This document shows, piece by piece, positions 7,257-17,070 of a stretch of 32,000 bases of DNA. A program made the position numbers and the translations under genes. The notes under the pieces were generated by a model. The model ran no database searches. It saw only the letters and a program-made list of their open reading frames with translations, and had not been told where the DNA came from. This DNA is from an uncultured Erysipelotrichaceae bacterium (GTDB taxonomy: Bacteria; Bacillota_I; Bacilli_A; Erysipelotrichales; Erysipelotrichaceae), in the NCBI GenBank assembly GCA_964401865.1, contig CAYNZZ010000003.1:1-32000 (forward strand), in the 5' to 3' direction. The number at the start of each line of letters is the position of its first letter. Positions within the stretch are counted from its first letter, which is position 1.

Positions 7257-8569
7257 AAACCTTAATAAAAAATGCTTGGATTTTAACAATCGATGAAGAA
7301 ATGAATGAATATAAAAATGGTGATATTGTCTTTGATGGTAACATTATTAGCTATGTAGGAAAGTCTTTAGAACATCAAGATATAGATTATGTTGTTGATG
7401 GGACAAATTGTTTACTAATGCCTGGGATGGTTAATACTCACTGTCATGTGCCGATGATACCATTTAGATCCTTAGGTGACGATTGCCCAGATCGTTTAAG
7501 ACGTTTTTTATTTCCGCTAGAGAACGCTTGCATGAATAGAGAATTAGCTTATCTGAGCGCAAAATATGGTATGGCAGAGATGCTGCTTTCAGGTATTACG
7601 ACATTTGCAGATATGTATTATTTCTTAGATGATTTAGCCAAAGCTAGCGAAGAGATGGGGATAAGATCTATGTTGGCTGAAACAGTTATCGATCAAAAAA
7701 GCTGCGATGCCGAAAATGACCAAGAAGGTTTAAAACTCGGTGAGTCATTTATTGAGAATTGGGAAAATCATGAATTAGTCAGACCCATTTTGTCTTTACA
7801 TGCTACCAATACTAATAAGGCTGAAACATTTAAACAGGCGATGGAAATTGTAAAAAAACATAATACTTTATTGATGTGCCATGTTGCAGAGATGGATTAT
7901 GAAATGAAGTATTTTAAGAATGAATATGGTTTGACGCCAATTGAATGGTTGAATAGTTTAGGATGTTTAAACAAACATTTATTAGCTGTTCATTGTATTC
8001 ATGTGAATAATAGCGATATTCAAATGATGTCAAAAAATAATGTTAAGGTTTCGCATTGTATAGCTTCTAATCTAAAGGCTGGAAAGGGCATAGCTCCGAT
8101 ATATGACATGGTTAAGCAAGGAATTGATGTAGGATTTGGGACCGATGGTGCTAGTAGCGGAAACACATTAGATTTGTTTATTCAGATGCGTATGTTCGCG
8201 GGGGCACAAAAGACTAAATATCATGATCGTTCTTTATTTCCGGCTAAAGAGATTGTTAAAATCGCTACTATGGGCGGGGCTAAGACCTTGAACATGGAAA
8301 AAGAAATCGGTTCTTTAGAAGTTGGAAAAAAAGCAGATATTGTTATGCTATCTCTTGATGCCGTTCATATGTTTCCGATTCACGATCCGTATTCATTGAT
8401 TGTATATAGTGCTAATTCAAGTGATGTAAAAGATGTATTTGTCAATGGTGAGCACATTGTAAAAAATCATACTCTTAAACTCGATTTGGATATGATTCGT
8501 AGAGAATTATCTGAAGCGATGAAAGAATTTAACTTAAAAGCCGAAGAATTGAACAACACAATAATTTGA
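7253..8569 (+). CDS. Amidohydrolase, MtaD / guanine-deaminase-like (nucleobase or nucleoside deaminase family); substrate not assignable
   Basis: MPGMVNTHCHVPM (HxH metal motif), HVAE and a C-terminal GTDG motif. The GTG start overlaps the ade stop (GTGA). Confidence 0.85.
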   Translation: MKTLIKNAWILTIDEEMNEYKNGDIVFDGNIISYVGKSLEHQDIDYVVDGTNCLLMPGMVNTHCHVPMIPFRSLGDDCPDRLRRFLFPLENACMNRELAYLSAKYGMAEMLLSGITTFADMYYFLDDLAKASEEMGIRSMLAETVIDQKSCDAENDQEGLKLGESFIENWENHELVRPILSLHATNTNKAETFKQAMEIVKKHNTLLMCHVAEMDYEMKYFKNEYGLTPIEWLNSLGCLNKHLLAVHCIHVNNSDIQMMSKNNVKVSHCIASNLKAGKGIAPIYDMVKQGIDVGFGTDGASSGNTLDLFIQMRMFAGAQKTKYHDRSLFPAKEIVKIATMGGAKTLNMEKEIGSLEVGKKADIVMLSLDAVHMFPIHDPYSLIVYSANSSDVKDVFVNGEHIVKNHTLKLDLDMIRRELSEAMKEFNLKAEELNNTII

Positions 8570-8574
8570 AAATA

Positions 8575-8612
8575 AAAATTAGAATCCATTATTTTATGAA
8601 TTCTAATTTTTT
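8575..8612. terminator. Bidirectional intrinsic terminator between convergent genes
   Basis: The hairpin AAAATTAGAAT...ATTCTAATTTT is flanked by A-runs and T-runs on both sides. Confidence 0.6.
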
Positions 8613-8624
8613 ATTTGTATAAAA

Positions 8625-9482
8625 TTATTTCTCTAGTTTTTTGTAGTATTGAACGGCGATGCATCCAAGACCTGTGTGAATTGCGACAGGGCTACATAAT
8701 GCATTGATACTGGTTTCATTATTTGGAAATGTTTTTTCAACTTTTTCTTTAAATGTTAAAGCATCGCCATAATTGTCAACATGGACGATATGAATGATAT
8801 AGTCGTCGCTGTCAATTTTTGATTTCATAATATCTAAAGTACGATCAAGAGCTCTTTTAAAGGTGCGGACCTTATCAATTAAATCGATTTTACCATTTGT
8901 TTCTTTAGAGATTCGTAATATGGGTTTAATATTTAACAAAGAAGCGATACGAAATGCAACTGGTGTTAAGCGACCGCTTTTACTCAAGTGTTTTAAGTCA
9001 GTCGGAACTAACAATGTATCGCAACTATTGATAATCTCATTCACTTTTTTTATTGCTTCGGCTTCATCCATGCCTTCGTCACTTATGTGTTTCTTAAGAT
9101 ATTCAATACAATATTCTTGCACATATGCGGTTGTGTATGTATCAATACAAGTAATAGGCATTGCATGGTCTTGAGCAGAGAGATACAAAGCATTCATTGT
9201 GCCTGATAAACCGCTACAAATAGGCACAGCAATTACTTTTTCAAAACCTTCTTCCTTAATCTTGTCAAATAAATTTTCCATTAAACCTAAAGATGGTAAA
9301 GAGGTTGCCATGTTCAAATCGTCTTTTAAATTAGAAATGACATTGCCGACTGTAATTTGTTCAAGATCAAACATGTTTTTACCATTTACTGATATTTGAA
9401 GTGGAAGAGAAAAAATTTGTTTTTCAGCCATTTGATCAATAGAAAAACCGGTTCCACTATCAGTAATATATGCAATTTTCAT
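8625..9482 (-). CDS. DegV family protein (fatty-acid binding)
   Basis: MKIAYITDSGTG at the N-terminus and an overall DegV-like sequence. The start is set at ATG 9482, behind the SD AAGGAAGGTG. Confidence 0.9.
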   Translation of the reverse strand: MKIAYITDSGTGFSIDQMAEKQIFSLPLQISVNGKNMFDLEQITVGNVISNLKDDLNMATSLPSLGLMENLFDKIKEEGFEKVIAVPICSGLSGTMNALYLSAQDHAMPITCIDTYTTAYVQEYCIEYLKKHISDEGMDEAEAIKKVNEIINSCDTLLVPTDLKHLSKSGRLTPVAFRIASLLNIKPILRISKETNGKIDLIDKVRTFKRALDRTLDIMKSKIDSDDYIIHIVHVDNYGDALTFKEKVEKTFPNNETSINALCSPVAIHTGLGCIAVQYYKKLEK

Positions 9483-9526
9483 AAAATCACCTTCCTTTAT
9501 TAAGTGTAACATAGTATGTCAAATAT

Positions 9527-9534
9527 TGTATAAT
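9527..9534 (+). promoter_or_regulatory. Candidate -10 element 6 nt upstream of the dnaE ATG (leaderless candidate)
   Basis: TGTATAAT is followed by GAACCT and then ATG 9541. No SD is present. Confidence 0.45.
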
Positions 9535-9540
9535 GAACCT

Positions 9541-12500
9541 ATGAGTACAGCGCTATTTATCCGCAGTGAATACAGCTTATTACAGAGCTTGTGTCCGATT
9601 AACAAAGTAGTTAAAAAGGCCAAAGATTATGGATATCAATCATTGGCGATAACTGATTTTAATGTGCTTTCTGGTGTTAGCCATTTTAAAAAAGAATGTT
9701 TAAATAATAATTTAAAAGCTATTTATGGCATTGAAGTGACAGTATTGATAAACGGCGAGAGTTTTGAAGTGGTGGTTCTTGCGAAAAATGACAATGCATA
9801 TACAAAATTGATGCACTTAGCAACCTATTTAGACATCGACAAAAAAGGGATTGGTTATCAGGAACTAAAAGAGTACACAGATGATTGCTTCGTGATTTTG
9901 GAAAGCGACAATATGTATGCGACATCATTTTTTTTAAAAAGAGAAGCTGGCGAAAAAGCTTTATTAGAAAGCATGTCTTTTTTTAAAGGTGAAGTGGTTG
10001 TTGGACTTTTTGATAATGATAAAGCATTTAATAGAAAACTTAACGCTGGCATTAAAGAAATATGCAAGAAAAATGGAATTAAAACAGTTTTCATGATGCG
10101 AACATTATATGTAGATAACGATGACGAACAGGCTTATCATGCCTTAAAAGCAATTAAAGAAAAAAAGCTTTATAATGATCCTGATTTAGAAATTGAAAGT
10201 GGACGTTATTTTTATTCGACCAGCGATTTGATAGATTTATATGATGAAGAAGATTTGGTTTATAGTGACTATATCGCAAGTAATTGTAATGTTAGTCTAA
10301 ATCATAAAACTTCGCTTCCGGAATATAGAAATGATAAGGGAGCCAATCCAAAAGATTATCTGATTAATTTATGCCGAGCAGGTTTAAACAGAAGACTAAA
10401 AGGACATAAAAATCCTATATACGAGAATCGTTTAAATCATGAATTAAAGATAATTATTTCGATGCATTTTGAAAACTATTTTCTAATTGTTTATGATTTT
10501 ATTCTGTTTGCCAAGAAAAACGACATCATGGTTGGACCGGGCAGAGGAAGTGCTGCTGGTTCGCTAGTATCTTATTGTTTGGGAATAACTGACATCGATC
10601 CGATCCGATATGGTCTGATTTTTGAAAGATTTTTAAATCCTGAAAGAGTTACAATGCCTGATATTGATTGTGATTTTCCTGATGATAGACGTGATGAAGT
10701 AATAAAATACTGTCTTCAAAAGTATGGAAAAAACCATGTAGGACATATTGTGACATACGGAACATTGAAAGCTAAACAAGCATTGCGTGATGTTGGCAGG
10801 GTTTTAAATTATCCGTTAAGCGAAATAGACTTGTTATGTAAGATGATACCAAATGATCCAAAGATGACCTTGGCTAAAGCCTATGATATAGAAGCTTTTA
10901 AGTTAAGAATAGATACCAATATTAAAAACAAAAATTTATTTAATCTATGTTTAAAACTAGAAGGTTTGCCAAGACATATTTCAACTCATGCGGCTGGTAT
11001 AGTTATGTCTAGCAAGGATTTAAGTGATATTGTTCCGCTATTTTCTTTAGAAGACGATATATATACTACCCAAATGACGATGGAATATTTGGAAGACTTA
11101 GGACTGATTAAAATGGATTTTTTAGGGCTCAGAAATCTTTCTATTCTTCATGAAATAATTAATGACATCAAAAAAGATGATAATAGTTTCAATATCGCTA
11201 ATATTCCGCTAGATGATGCTAAAACAATTAAACTAATACAAGATGTTAATACATTAGGTATTTTCCAATTAGAATCATCAGGCATGCAGAACTTATTAAG
11301 ACTAATAAAACCAGTTAATTTTGAAGAGGTAGGCTTAACTATCGCTTTGTTTAGGCCTGGACCAATGGAAAACATCCCACTATTTATTAAAAATCGAGCT
11401 AATCCTGACTTGATTACTTATATGTGTGATGATTTAAAAGAAATTCTAAAAGAAACCTATGGTATTATAGTTTATCAAGAACAGATAATGATGATTGCCA
11501 CTAAGATGGCGGGTTTTTCAATGGCTAAAGCGGATATTTTACGCAAAGCGATGTCTAAAAAGAAAGCTGATGAATTGAGTAGTTTATCTAGTGATTTTAT
11601 TTCCGGTTGCGTTTCAAGAGGTTATAAAGAAGATATGGCCAGGGAACTATATGAATTAATCTTTAAATTTGCTAATTATGGTTTTAATAAATCACATTCT
11701 ATTGCCTACGCAAAGATTGCTTATGAATTATCTTATTTAAAAGCCAACTTCCCTTTATATTTTTATAAAGCGATATTAAATGGAGTTAAAGGTTCGGAAG
11801 TAAAGACATATGAATACATACTTGAATGCATAAAAACTGGTGTTCAATTACAAGGTTTTTCTGTCAATAAATCTAGCGATAATTATTTGATTAGTGACAA
11901 TAAAATAATTATGCCATTATCAATCGTTAAAGATGTCGGAACTATTGCTGTCAACAATATTATTGACGATAGATTCATTAATGGACCATATAAAGATTAT
12001 GAAGATACGATTATTAGATTCAACAATATGAATATAAATAAAAATATAATTGAAAATTTAATTATGGCTGGCGCTTTTGATGAATTTAATTATTCCAGAA
12101 AGACAATGTTAGAAAATTTAAGTGTCATGTTAAAATATGCCTCAACTTATCATAACGGACAATTAGCTTTAGGAGAATTTGATGTTAAACCATCTCTTAC
12201 TTTCTATAAGGATGACTTAATGACCAAAGCCAATGATGAGAAAAATGTTTTAGGATTTTACTTTAGTGTTAATCCGATCTTGAATTTGAAACAGAAATAT
12301 AAAATTGAAACCAAGCCTTTTTCAATGATGGAAACCATTGATGGAATTATTAGAGGTTTTGGACAAATACATCGCTTAAAGGAACATAAAACCAAGAAAG
12401 GCGATTGGATGGCGTTTTTGGAATTGCGTGATGAAACAGGTAGTTTAGATCTTGTTTTGATGCCGAATATTTATCGTCAATATCAAGGCGGAATTAGACG

Positions 12501-12594
12501 TAATGACTATCTGTATTTTGAAGGTCGAATGGATAAGAAAAATTCTTGCCTAGCAAGAAATATAAAAATATATAAGGAGAATGGCAATGACTAA
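9541..12594 (+). CDS. dnaE: DNA polymerase III alpha subunit, DnaE type
   Basis: About 1017 aa with PHP-like, palm/fingers (GLIKMDFLGLRNL, FQLES) and OB-fold regions. The start is set at ATG 9541 (MSTALFIRSEYSLL). Confidence 0.95.
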   Translation: MSTALFIRSEYSLLQSLCPINKVVKKAKDYGYQSLAITDFNVLSGVSHFKKECLNNNLKAIYGIEVTVLINGESFEVVVLAKNDNAYTKLMHLATYLDIDKKGIGYQELKEYTDDCFVILESDNMYATSFFLKREAGEKALLESMSFFKGEVVVGLFDNDKAFNRKLNAGIKEICKKNGIKTVFMMRTLYVDNDDEQAYHALKAIKEKKLYNDPDLEIESGRYFYSTSDLIDLYDEEDLVYSDYIASNCNVSLNHKTSLPEYRNDKGANPKDYLINLCRAGLNRRLKGHKNPIYENRLNHELKIIISMHFENYFLIVYDFILFAKKNDIMVGPGRGSAAGSLVSYCLGITDIDPIRYGLIFERFLNPERVTMPDIDCDFPDDRRDEVIKYCLQKYGKNHVGHIVTYGTLKAKQALRDVGRVLNYPLSEIDLLCKMIPNDPKMTLAKAYDIEAFKLRIDTNIKNKNLFNLCLKLEGLPRHISTHAAGIVMSSKDLSDIVPLFSLEDDIYTTQMTMEYLEDLGLIKMDFLGLRNLSILHEIINDIKKDDNSFNIANIPLDDAKTIKLIQDVNTLGIFQLESSGMQNLLRLIKPVNFEEVGLTIALFRPGPMENIPLFIKNRANPDLITYMCDDLKEILKETYGIIVYQEQIMMIATKMAGFSMAKADILRKAMSKKKADELSSLSSDFISGCVSRGYKEDMARELYELIFKFANYGFNKSHSIAYAKIAYELSYLKANFPLYFYKAILNGVKGSEVKTYEYILECIKTGVQLQGFSVNKSSDNYLISDNKIIMPLSIVKDVGTIAVNNIIDDRFINGPYKDYEDTIIRFNNMNINKNIIENLIMAGAFDEFNYSRKTMLENLSVMLKYASTYHNGQLALGEFDVKPSLTFYKDDLMTKANDEKNVLGFYFSVNPILNLKQKYKIETKPFSMMETIDGIIRGFGQIHRLKEHKTKKGDWMAFLELRDETGSLDLVLMPNIYRQYQGGIRRNDYLYFEGRMDKKNSCLARNIKIYKENGND

Positions 12595-13249
12595 AATATT
12601 AATTGTTGATGATGAAAGTAATATCCGAGAAGTAGTAAAAGAATATGCTAGAGTATCTGGTTTTGAGTGCTCGGAAGCCAGTGATGGTCTTGAAGCGATA
12701 AAATTAGTAAAGGAAAATGATTTTGACTGTGTGATTTTAGATATTATGATGCCTGAACTCGATGGCTTTTCGGCTTGTAAAAAAATCAAGGAATTAAAAG
12801 ATATTCCTGTTATTATGCTCTCTGCTCGACAAGAAGAAAATGATAAGTTATTCTGTTTTGAAATAGGCGTTGATGATTATGTTACCAAACCATTTTCTCC
12901 CAAAGAACTAATGGCCCGAATTAAAGCGGTAACTGAAAGAAGAAAAAATAGACAGGAAACGAGTCTTGAATTTGAAGAATTAAAAATAAATATTAATGCA
13001 CGAACCGTTACTATTGACGGAAGAAAAATAATGATGACGCCAAAAGAGATGGATTTACTTATTTATTTAGTGCAAAACAAGAATATCGCTCTATCGAGAG
13101 AAAACATTTTACAGGCTGTTTGGCGATACGATTACTATGGCGATGACAGAACGGTTGATACACACATCAAAATGTTGAGACATAGTTTAGAAAAATATCG
13201 TGACCATGTAGTTACAGTTAGAGGAATGGGGTACAAGTTTGAAATTTGA
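12587..13249 (+). CDS. OmpR-family response regulator
   Basis: The receiver domain has DD, the phospho-acceptor D in ILDIMMPELDG, and KPF. The C-terminus is a winged helix (VRGMGYKF). SD AAGGAG lies 7 nt before ATG 12587, and the gene overlaps the dnaE stop. Confidence 0.95.
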   Translation: MTKILIVDDESNIREVVKEYARVSGFECSEASDGLEAIKLVKENDFDCVILDIMMPELDGFSACKKIKELKDIPVIMLSARQEENDKLFCFEIGVDDYVTKPFSPKELMARIKAVTERRKNRQETSLEFEELKININARTVTIDGRKIMMTPKEMDLLIYLVQNKNIALSRENILQAVWRYDYYGDDRTVDTHIKMLRHSLEKYRDHVVTVRGMGYKFEI

Positions 13250-14708
13250 CTTTCACGGTTTAGCATTCAATGTCTTTAAATACTTTTTTATCTTTTCTTT
13301 ATCGATATTAGTGTTCTTAGGCGTACTACAGTTAGTGATGATTAGGCCGTATTATCGCGATAATCGTCTTATGATGATTTCTAATCTGGCAAGTACAATT
13401 GAATCAAATCTATTAAATAAAAAAGCTAATCAAAGTGATATTGATAATATTTTTGCGTTGATTGTCAATAATGATACCTGTGTCGCAATTTATGCTGAAG
13501 ATGGAAAGAATATTTATAACAGCGACGCTTTGGGCGAAGCTTGTATGATTAATAAAGAGTTGACTGTTAATAATATGAATATAAATATAGCTGAAAATCC
13601 TAGTTCAATTATTGAATTTTTAAAAGCTAATAAAAGCATTGATTCAACAATAGTATCGGATATAACTGGTTTAGAGATGCTGATGTACGCTAAAGAAATA
13701 AAGAGTAATCTTGTCAATTATTACTTGGTTATTAATTCGCCATTAGAACCTGTTGAATCAGTAGTAGATTTTATTTTGAATCAATATATTTATATTGCAA
13801 TCATCGTGTTCGTAGTAGCGCTCGTCTTTTCAATTTATTTTGCTAATAAACTTTCTTCACCGATTGTCAGGATGAAAAAAGAAGCTAATCGTTTAGGAAG
13901 CGGGCACTATGATGTCGAGTTTAAATCTAATAATGATTATTTTACGGAGACTAGAGATTTGGCTAATACATTAGATAATGCGGCTATTGAATTATCTAAG
14001 ATTGATGAATTGAGAAAAGATTTGATCGCTAATATGTCGCACGATATTAAAACACCGCTCACGATGATACAGGCTTACGCAGAAATGATCGAAGATATTT
14101 CTGGAGATGATCCAATTAAACGTAAAGAACATCTTGATGTCATTTTAAAAGAGACAGAATATTTAAATAAATTGGTGACCGATATGCAAGAATTATCGAA
14201 GATGCAAGCTGGTTATATCGAATTAAAACGAAATAATTTTGATTTAAAGAATGCAACAGAAGATATATTAGACTTGTTGCATGAATTGTTTGTAGAAAAT
14301 GAAATTAACTTAGTTTTAAGTTTAAAAGAAGTAACGATATATGGTGATGAGATTAAAATATCGCAAGTAATTTATAATTATGTTTCTAATGCTATTAAGC
14401 ATTCAAAAAAAGGTCAGAATATTTATATCAACATTATTGACGATGAAGAAAAAGTGATATTTGAAGTTATTGATGAAGGTGATGGAATCGCTGAAGAAGA
14501 TTTACCTTATATTTGGGATCGATACTATAAGATTGATAAAGGTTTTAAACGAAATTTAGAATCGACCGGTCTTGGTTTAGCAATTGTCAAAGTTATTCTA
14601 GACGCTCACCATTTTAAATATGGTGTTGAATCATCGCTTAATAAAGGAGCAAAGTTCTATTTTGAACTATCGAAAGAATATGAAGAAGAAAACGAAGGAT
14701 TATCTTAG
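13239..14708 (+). CDS. Sensor histidine kinase (2 TM, extracytoplasmic loop, HAMP, HisKA, HATPase_c)
   Basis: H-box MSHDIKTPL, an N-box NAIKHS region, and G-boxes DEGDGI and GLGLAIV. The TTG start overlaps the response-regulator stop. Confidence 0.9.
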   Translation: MKFDFHGLAFNVFKYFFIFSLSILVFLGVLQLVMIRPYYRDNRLMMISNLASTIESNLLNKKANQSDIDNIFALIVNNDTCVAIYAEDGKNIYNSDALGEACMINKELTVNNMNINIAENPSSIIEFLKANKSIDSTIVSDITGLEMLMYAKEIKSNLVNYYLVINSPLEPVESVVDFILNQYIYIAIIVFVVALVFSIYFANKLSSPIVRMKKEANRLGSGHYDVEFKSNNDYFTETRDLANTLDNAAIELSKIDELRKDLIANMSHDIKTPLTMIQAYAEMIEDISGDDPIKRKEHLDVILKETEYLNKLVTDMQELSKMQAGYIELKRNNFDLKNATEDILDLLHELFVENEINLVLSLKEVTIYGDEIKISQVIYNYVSNAIKHSKKGQNIYINIIDDEEKVIFEVIDEGDGIAEEDLPYIWDRYYKIDKGFKRNLESTGLGLAIVKVILDAHHFKYGVESSLNKGAKFYFELSKEYEEENEGLS

Positions 14709-15354
14709 ATTTGTAAATATACCGATATATCAGGACGATGAGATGTTTTGTGTCAACACGGATACTGTATTGCTAGGGATGTTTTTAAAGGATTTAAAAA
14801 ATAAGAGCGTACTTGATGTCGGCACTAATAATGGAGCTTTACTCTTATATGCTAGTGCAATGGAGCCCAAGTATTTATGTGGTATTGATATTCTTGAAGA
14901 TGCGGTTAATTTAGCGAGAGAAAATCTAAAACTCAATGAAATCAAGGGAGAGATAGAATTATCTAAGTTGCAGGATTTTGAACATCAACCTTTTGATGTT
15001 GTTATATGTAATCCGCCATTTTTTAAAGAAATGAATGTACGTAAAAATATAAATAAACAGATTGCTATGTTTGAAGACAATTTAAAACTAGATGATTTGT
15101 TTAAAAATATTAAACGACTATTGAAAGATAATGGAAGTGGTTTTATGATTTATCCTGCAAATCGTTTTTTAGAGTTTTATGAAATTTGTGTTAAATACGA
15201 CTTTAAAATGATGAAAATTCGTTTTGTATATGATAAAAACAAGGAAGAAGCCAGTCGCTTTTTAGTAAAAATTAAAAGAGGGAAGATGACCAGAGTTAAG
15301 ATTTTAAAGCCTATTTTAATAAATGATGGAAAGATAGAATTTGATTATTTATAA
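14680..15354 (+). CDS. Class I SAM-dependent methyltransferase, tRNA1(Val) m6A37 (YfiC/TrmN6)-like
   Basis: SAM motif VLDVGTNNGALLL and catalytic ICNPPFF. The start at ATG 14680 is chosen by N-terminal comparison with YfiC-like proteins and overlaps the kinase 3' end by 29 nt. The start is uncertain. Confidence 0.75.
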   Translation: MKKKTKDYLRFVNIPIYQDDEMFCVNTDTVLLGMFLKDLKNKSVLDVGTNNGALLLYASAMEPKYLCGIDILEDAVNLARENLKLNEIKGEIELSKLQDFEHQPFDVVICNPPFFKEMNVRKNINKQIAMFEDNLKLDDLFKNIKRLLKDNGSGFMIYPANRFLEFYEICVKYDFKMMKIRFVYDKNKEEASRFLVKIKRGKMTRVKILKPILINDGKIEFDYL

Positions 15355-15355
15355 T
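15327..15355 (+). promoter_or_regulatory. Candidate promoter placing the TSS at the ATG of the UPF0597 gene (leaderless candidate)
   Basis: TGGAAA (15327-15332), a 17-nt spacer, TATAAT (15350-15355), then AAAACT and ATG 15362. No SD is present. Confidence 0.45.
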
Positions 15356-15361
15356 AAAACT

Positions 15362-16627
15362 ATGAAAAAAGAACAATATGATATTTTTTGTGAATTGTTA
15401 CATTCTGAATTATTAAAAGCCATGGGCTGTACTGAACCGATTGCAATTGCATATTTGGCAAGTGTGACTAGAGACTTGTTAGGTGAGGACATCAAAGAAG
15501 CGACAATTGAAGTCAGCGGCAATATAGCTAAGAACGTAAAAAGTGTAATAGTTCCCAATACTGGCAAAATGAAGGGTATTAAGGTAGCGGTGGCTGCTGG
15601 TATTTTGTTTGGTAAAACCGACAAGAAACTTGAGGTTATTGCCGATATTGAACAAGAAGATTGCAAATGTATTGATGATTTCATCAATAATCATGAAATA
15701 AAAATTGAATTAGCTAAAACACCTTATATATTCGATCTCATTTTGACTTTAAGAGGAGAGAATCATGTGGCATCTTGCAGAATAGTAAATTATCATACTA
15801 ATATCGTTTTTAAGAAATTGGATGATGAAGTTATCTTTGAGAAAGATATTGATGAGACTGTTGATAAGATTAAGCCGAAAATGACAGTTGAAGAAATAGT
15901 GGAATATGCAAAAATAGTCGATTTAAACGATATTAAAGATGTATTAGATGTACAAATCGAAAGCAACATGAATATCGCTTTAGAAGGTTTTAAAAATGAT
16001 TATGGAGCCAATATCGGTAAGGTCTTGCTCAATAATTATGAAAATAGTGTTTATACAAAAATGAAGGCTTACGCCGCTAGTGCTAGTGATGCGAGAATGA
16101 ATGGATGTGAATTACCAGTTGTCATTGTCTCAGGAAGTGGAAATCAAGGTATTACTGCATCGGTTCCGGTCATTGTGTATGCAAGAGAAAAAGGTTTTTC
16201 TGATGAAGAATTATATCGGGCTTTAGTGGTTTCTAATTTGGTGACTATTCATTTAAAAAAGGAAATCGGAAGATTGAGTGCATATTGTGGAGCTACAAGC
16301 GCTGGTGTCGGAGCTGGGGCTGGAATTGCTTTTATCGAAAGTCATGACTATGTAACAATTGCTCATACTATTGTTAATGCATTGGGAATTATATCAGGCA
16401 TGGTATGCGATGGAGCTAAGGCAAGTTGTGCTGCTAAGATACAGGCGGCCATCGATTCAGGAATCTTTGGTTATCAAATGTACAAGATGCATCAAGAATT
16501 TAAAGGTGGCGATGGTTTGATTGAAAAAGGCGTTGAAAAAACAATTGCGAACATATCACGTTTAGCCTCTCAAGGTATGGCACAGACCGACGCAGAAATC
16601 ATTGATATGATGATTGAAAACTGTTGA
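15362..16627 (+). CDS. UPF0597 / YhaM-like protein (L-cysteine desulfidase family)
   Basis: N-terminal LKAMGCTEPIAIAYLAS and the later GSGNQG and CDGAKASCA motifs are typical of this family. Confidence 0.8.
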   Translation: MKKEQYDIFCELLHSELLKAMGCTEPIAIAYLASVTRDLLGEDIKEATIEVSGNIAKNVKSVIVPNTGKMKGIKVAVAAGILFGKTDKKLEVIADIEQEDCKCIDDFINNHEIKIELAKTPYIFDLILTLRGENHVASCRIVNYHTNIVFKKLDDEVIFEKDIDETVDKIKPKMTVEEIVEYAKIVDLNDIKDVLDVQIESNMNIALEGFKNDYGANIGKVLLNNYENSVYTKMKAYAASASDARMNGCELPVVIVSGSGNQGITASVPVIVYAREKGFSDEELYRALVVSNLVTIHLKKEIGRLSAYCGATSAGVGAGAGIAFIESHDYVTIAHTIVNALGIISGMVCDGAKASCAAKIQAAIDSGIFGYQMYKMHQEFKGGDGLIEKGVEKTIANISRLASQGMAQTDAEIIDMMIENC

Positions 16628-16758
16628 AAAGTTAGACCTTTTATGCTATCATACTTTTGTTATAGTCTCCTTGGAGTCTATAACCGCTCAAAAAAGGTTA
16701 GAAATATGCGTATGCATTACCTTCATGGCGCGTCTTAAGAAGAAAAGGAGGTTTAACT
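16624..16758 (+). promoter_or_regulatory. rplU promoter plus structured 5' leader (possible ribosomal protein L21 leader)
   Basis: TTGAAA (16624-16629), a 17-nt spacer and TGcTATCAT (-10 at 16647-16652). The leader that follows is about 100 nt and contains the hairpin GUUAUAG-U-CUC[CUUG]GAG-U-CUAUAAC (16658-16683) and a second AAGGU...ACCUU stem. The family assignment is from context only. Confidence 0.45.
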
Positions 16759-17070
16759 ATGTACGCAATTATCGAAACAGGCGGAAAACAACTTAAAGTT
16801 GAACAAGGTTCAGTAATTTATGTAGAGAAACTTGATGTTCAAGAAGGTGAAAATTACACTTTTGATAAAGTTGTTGCCTTAGGTGCTGATAGCTTAAAAC
16901 TTGGTAATCCTTATGTTGAAGGAGCAAGTGTTTCTTGCAAAGTTGAAAAACAAGGAAAAGCTAAAAAGATTATTGTTTTCAAGTATAAAGCTAAAAAAGG
17001 CTCTACAAGAAGAAAACAAGGTCATCGTCAACCATATACTAAATTAACTGTTGAAAGCATTAATGCCTAA
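16759..17070 (+). CDS. rplU: 50S ribosomal protein L21
   Basis: [11 protein letters not shown] with the conserved L21 sequence. SD AAAGGAGG. Confidence 0.97.
   Translation: MYAIIETGGKQLKVEQGSVIYVEKLDVQEGENYTFDKVVALGADSLKLGNPYVEGASVSCKVEKQGKAKKIIVFKYKAKKGSTRRKQGHRQPYTKLTVESINA

Noticed and set aside
16614-16796. A 60-aa ORF overlapping the end of the UPF0597 gene and the rplU start
   Set aside because: It spans the rplU promoter and structured leader and runs into rplU out of frame. It has no SD and is Arg/Lys-rich noise.
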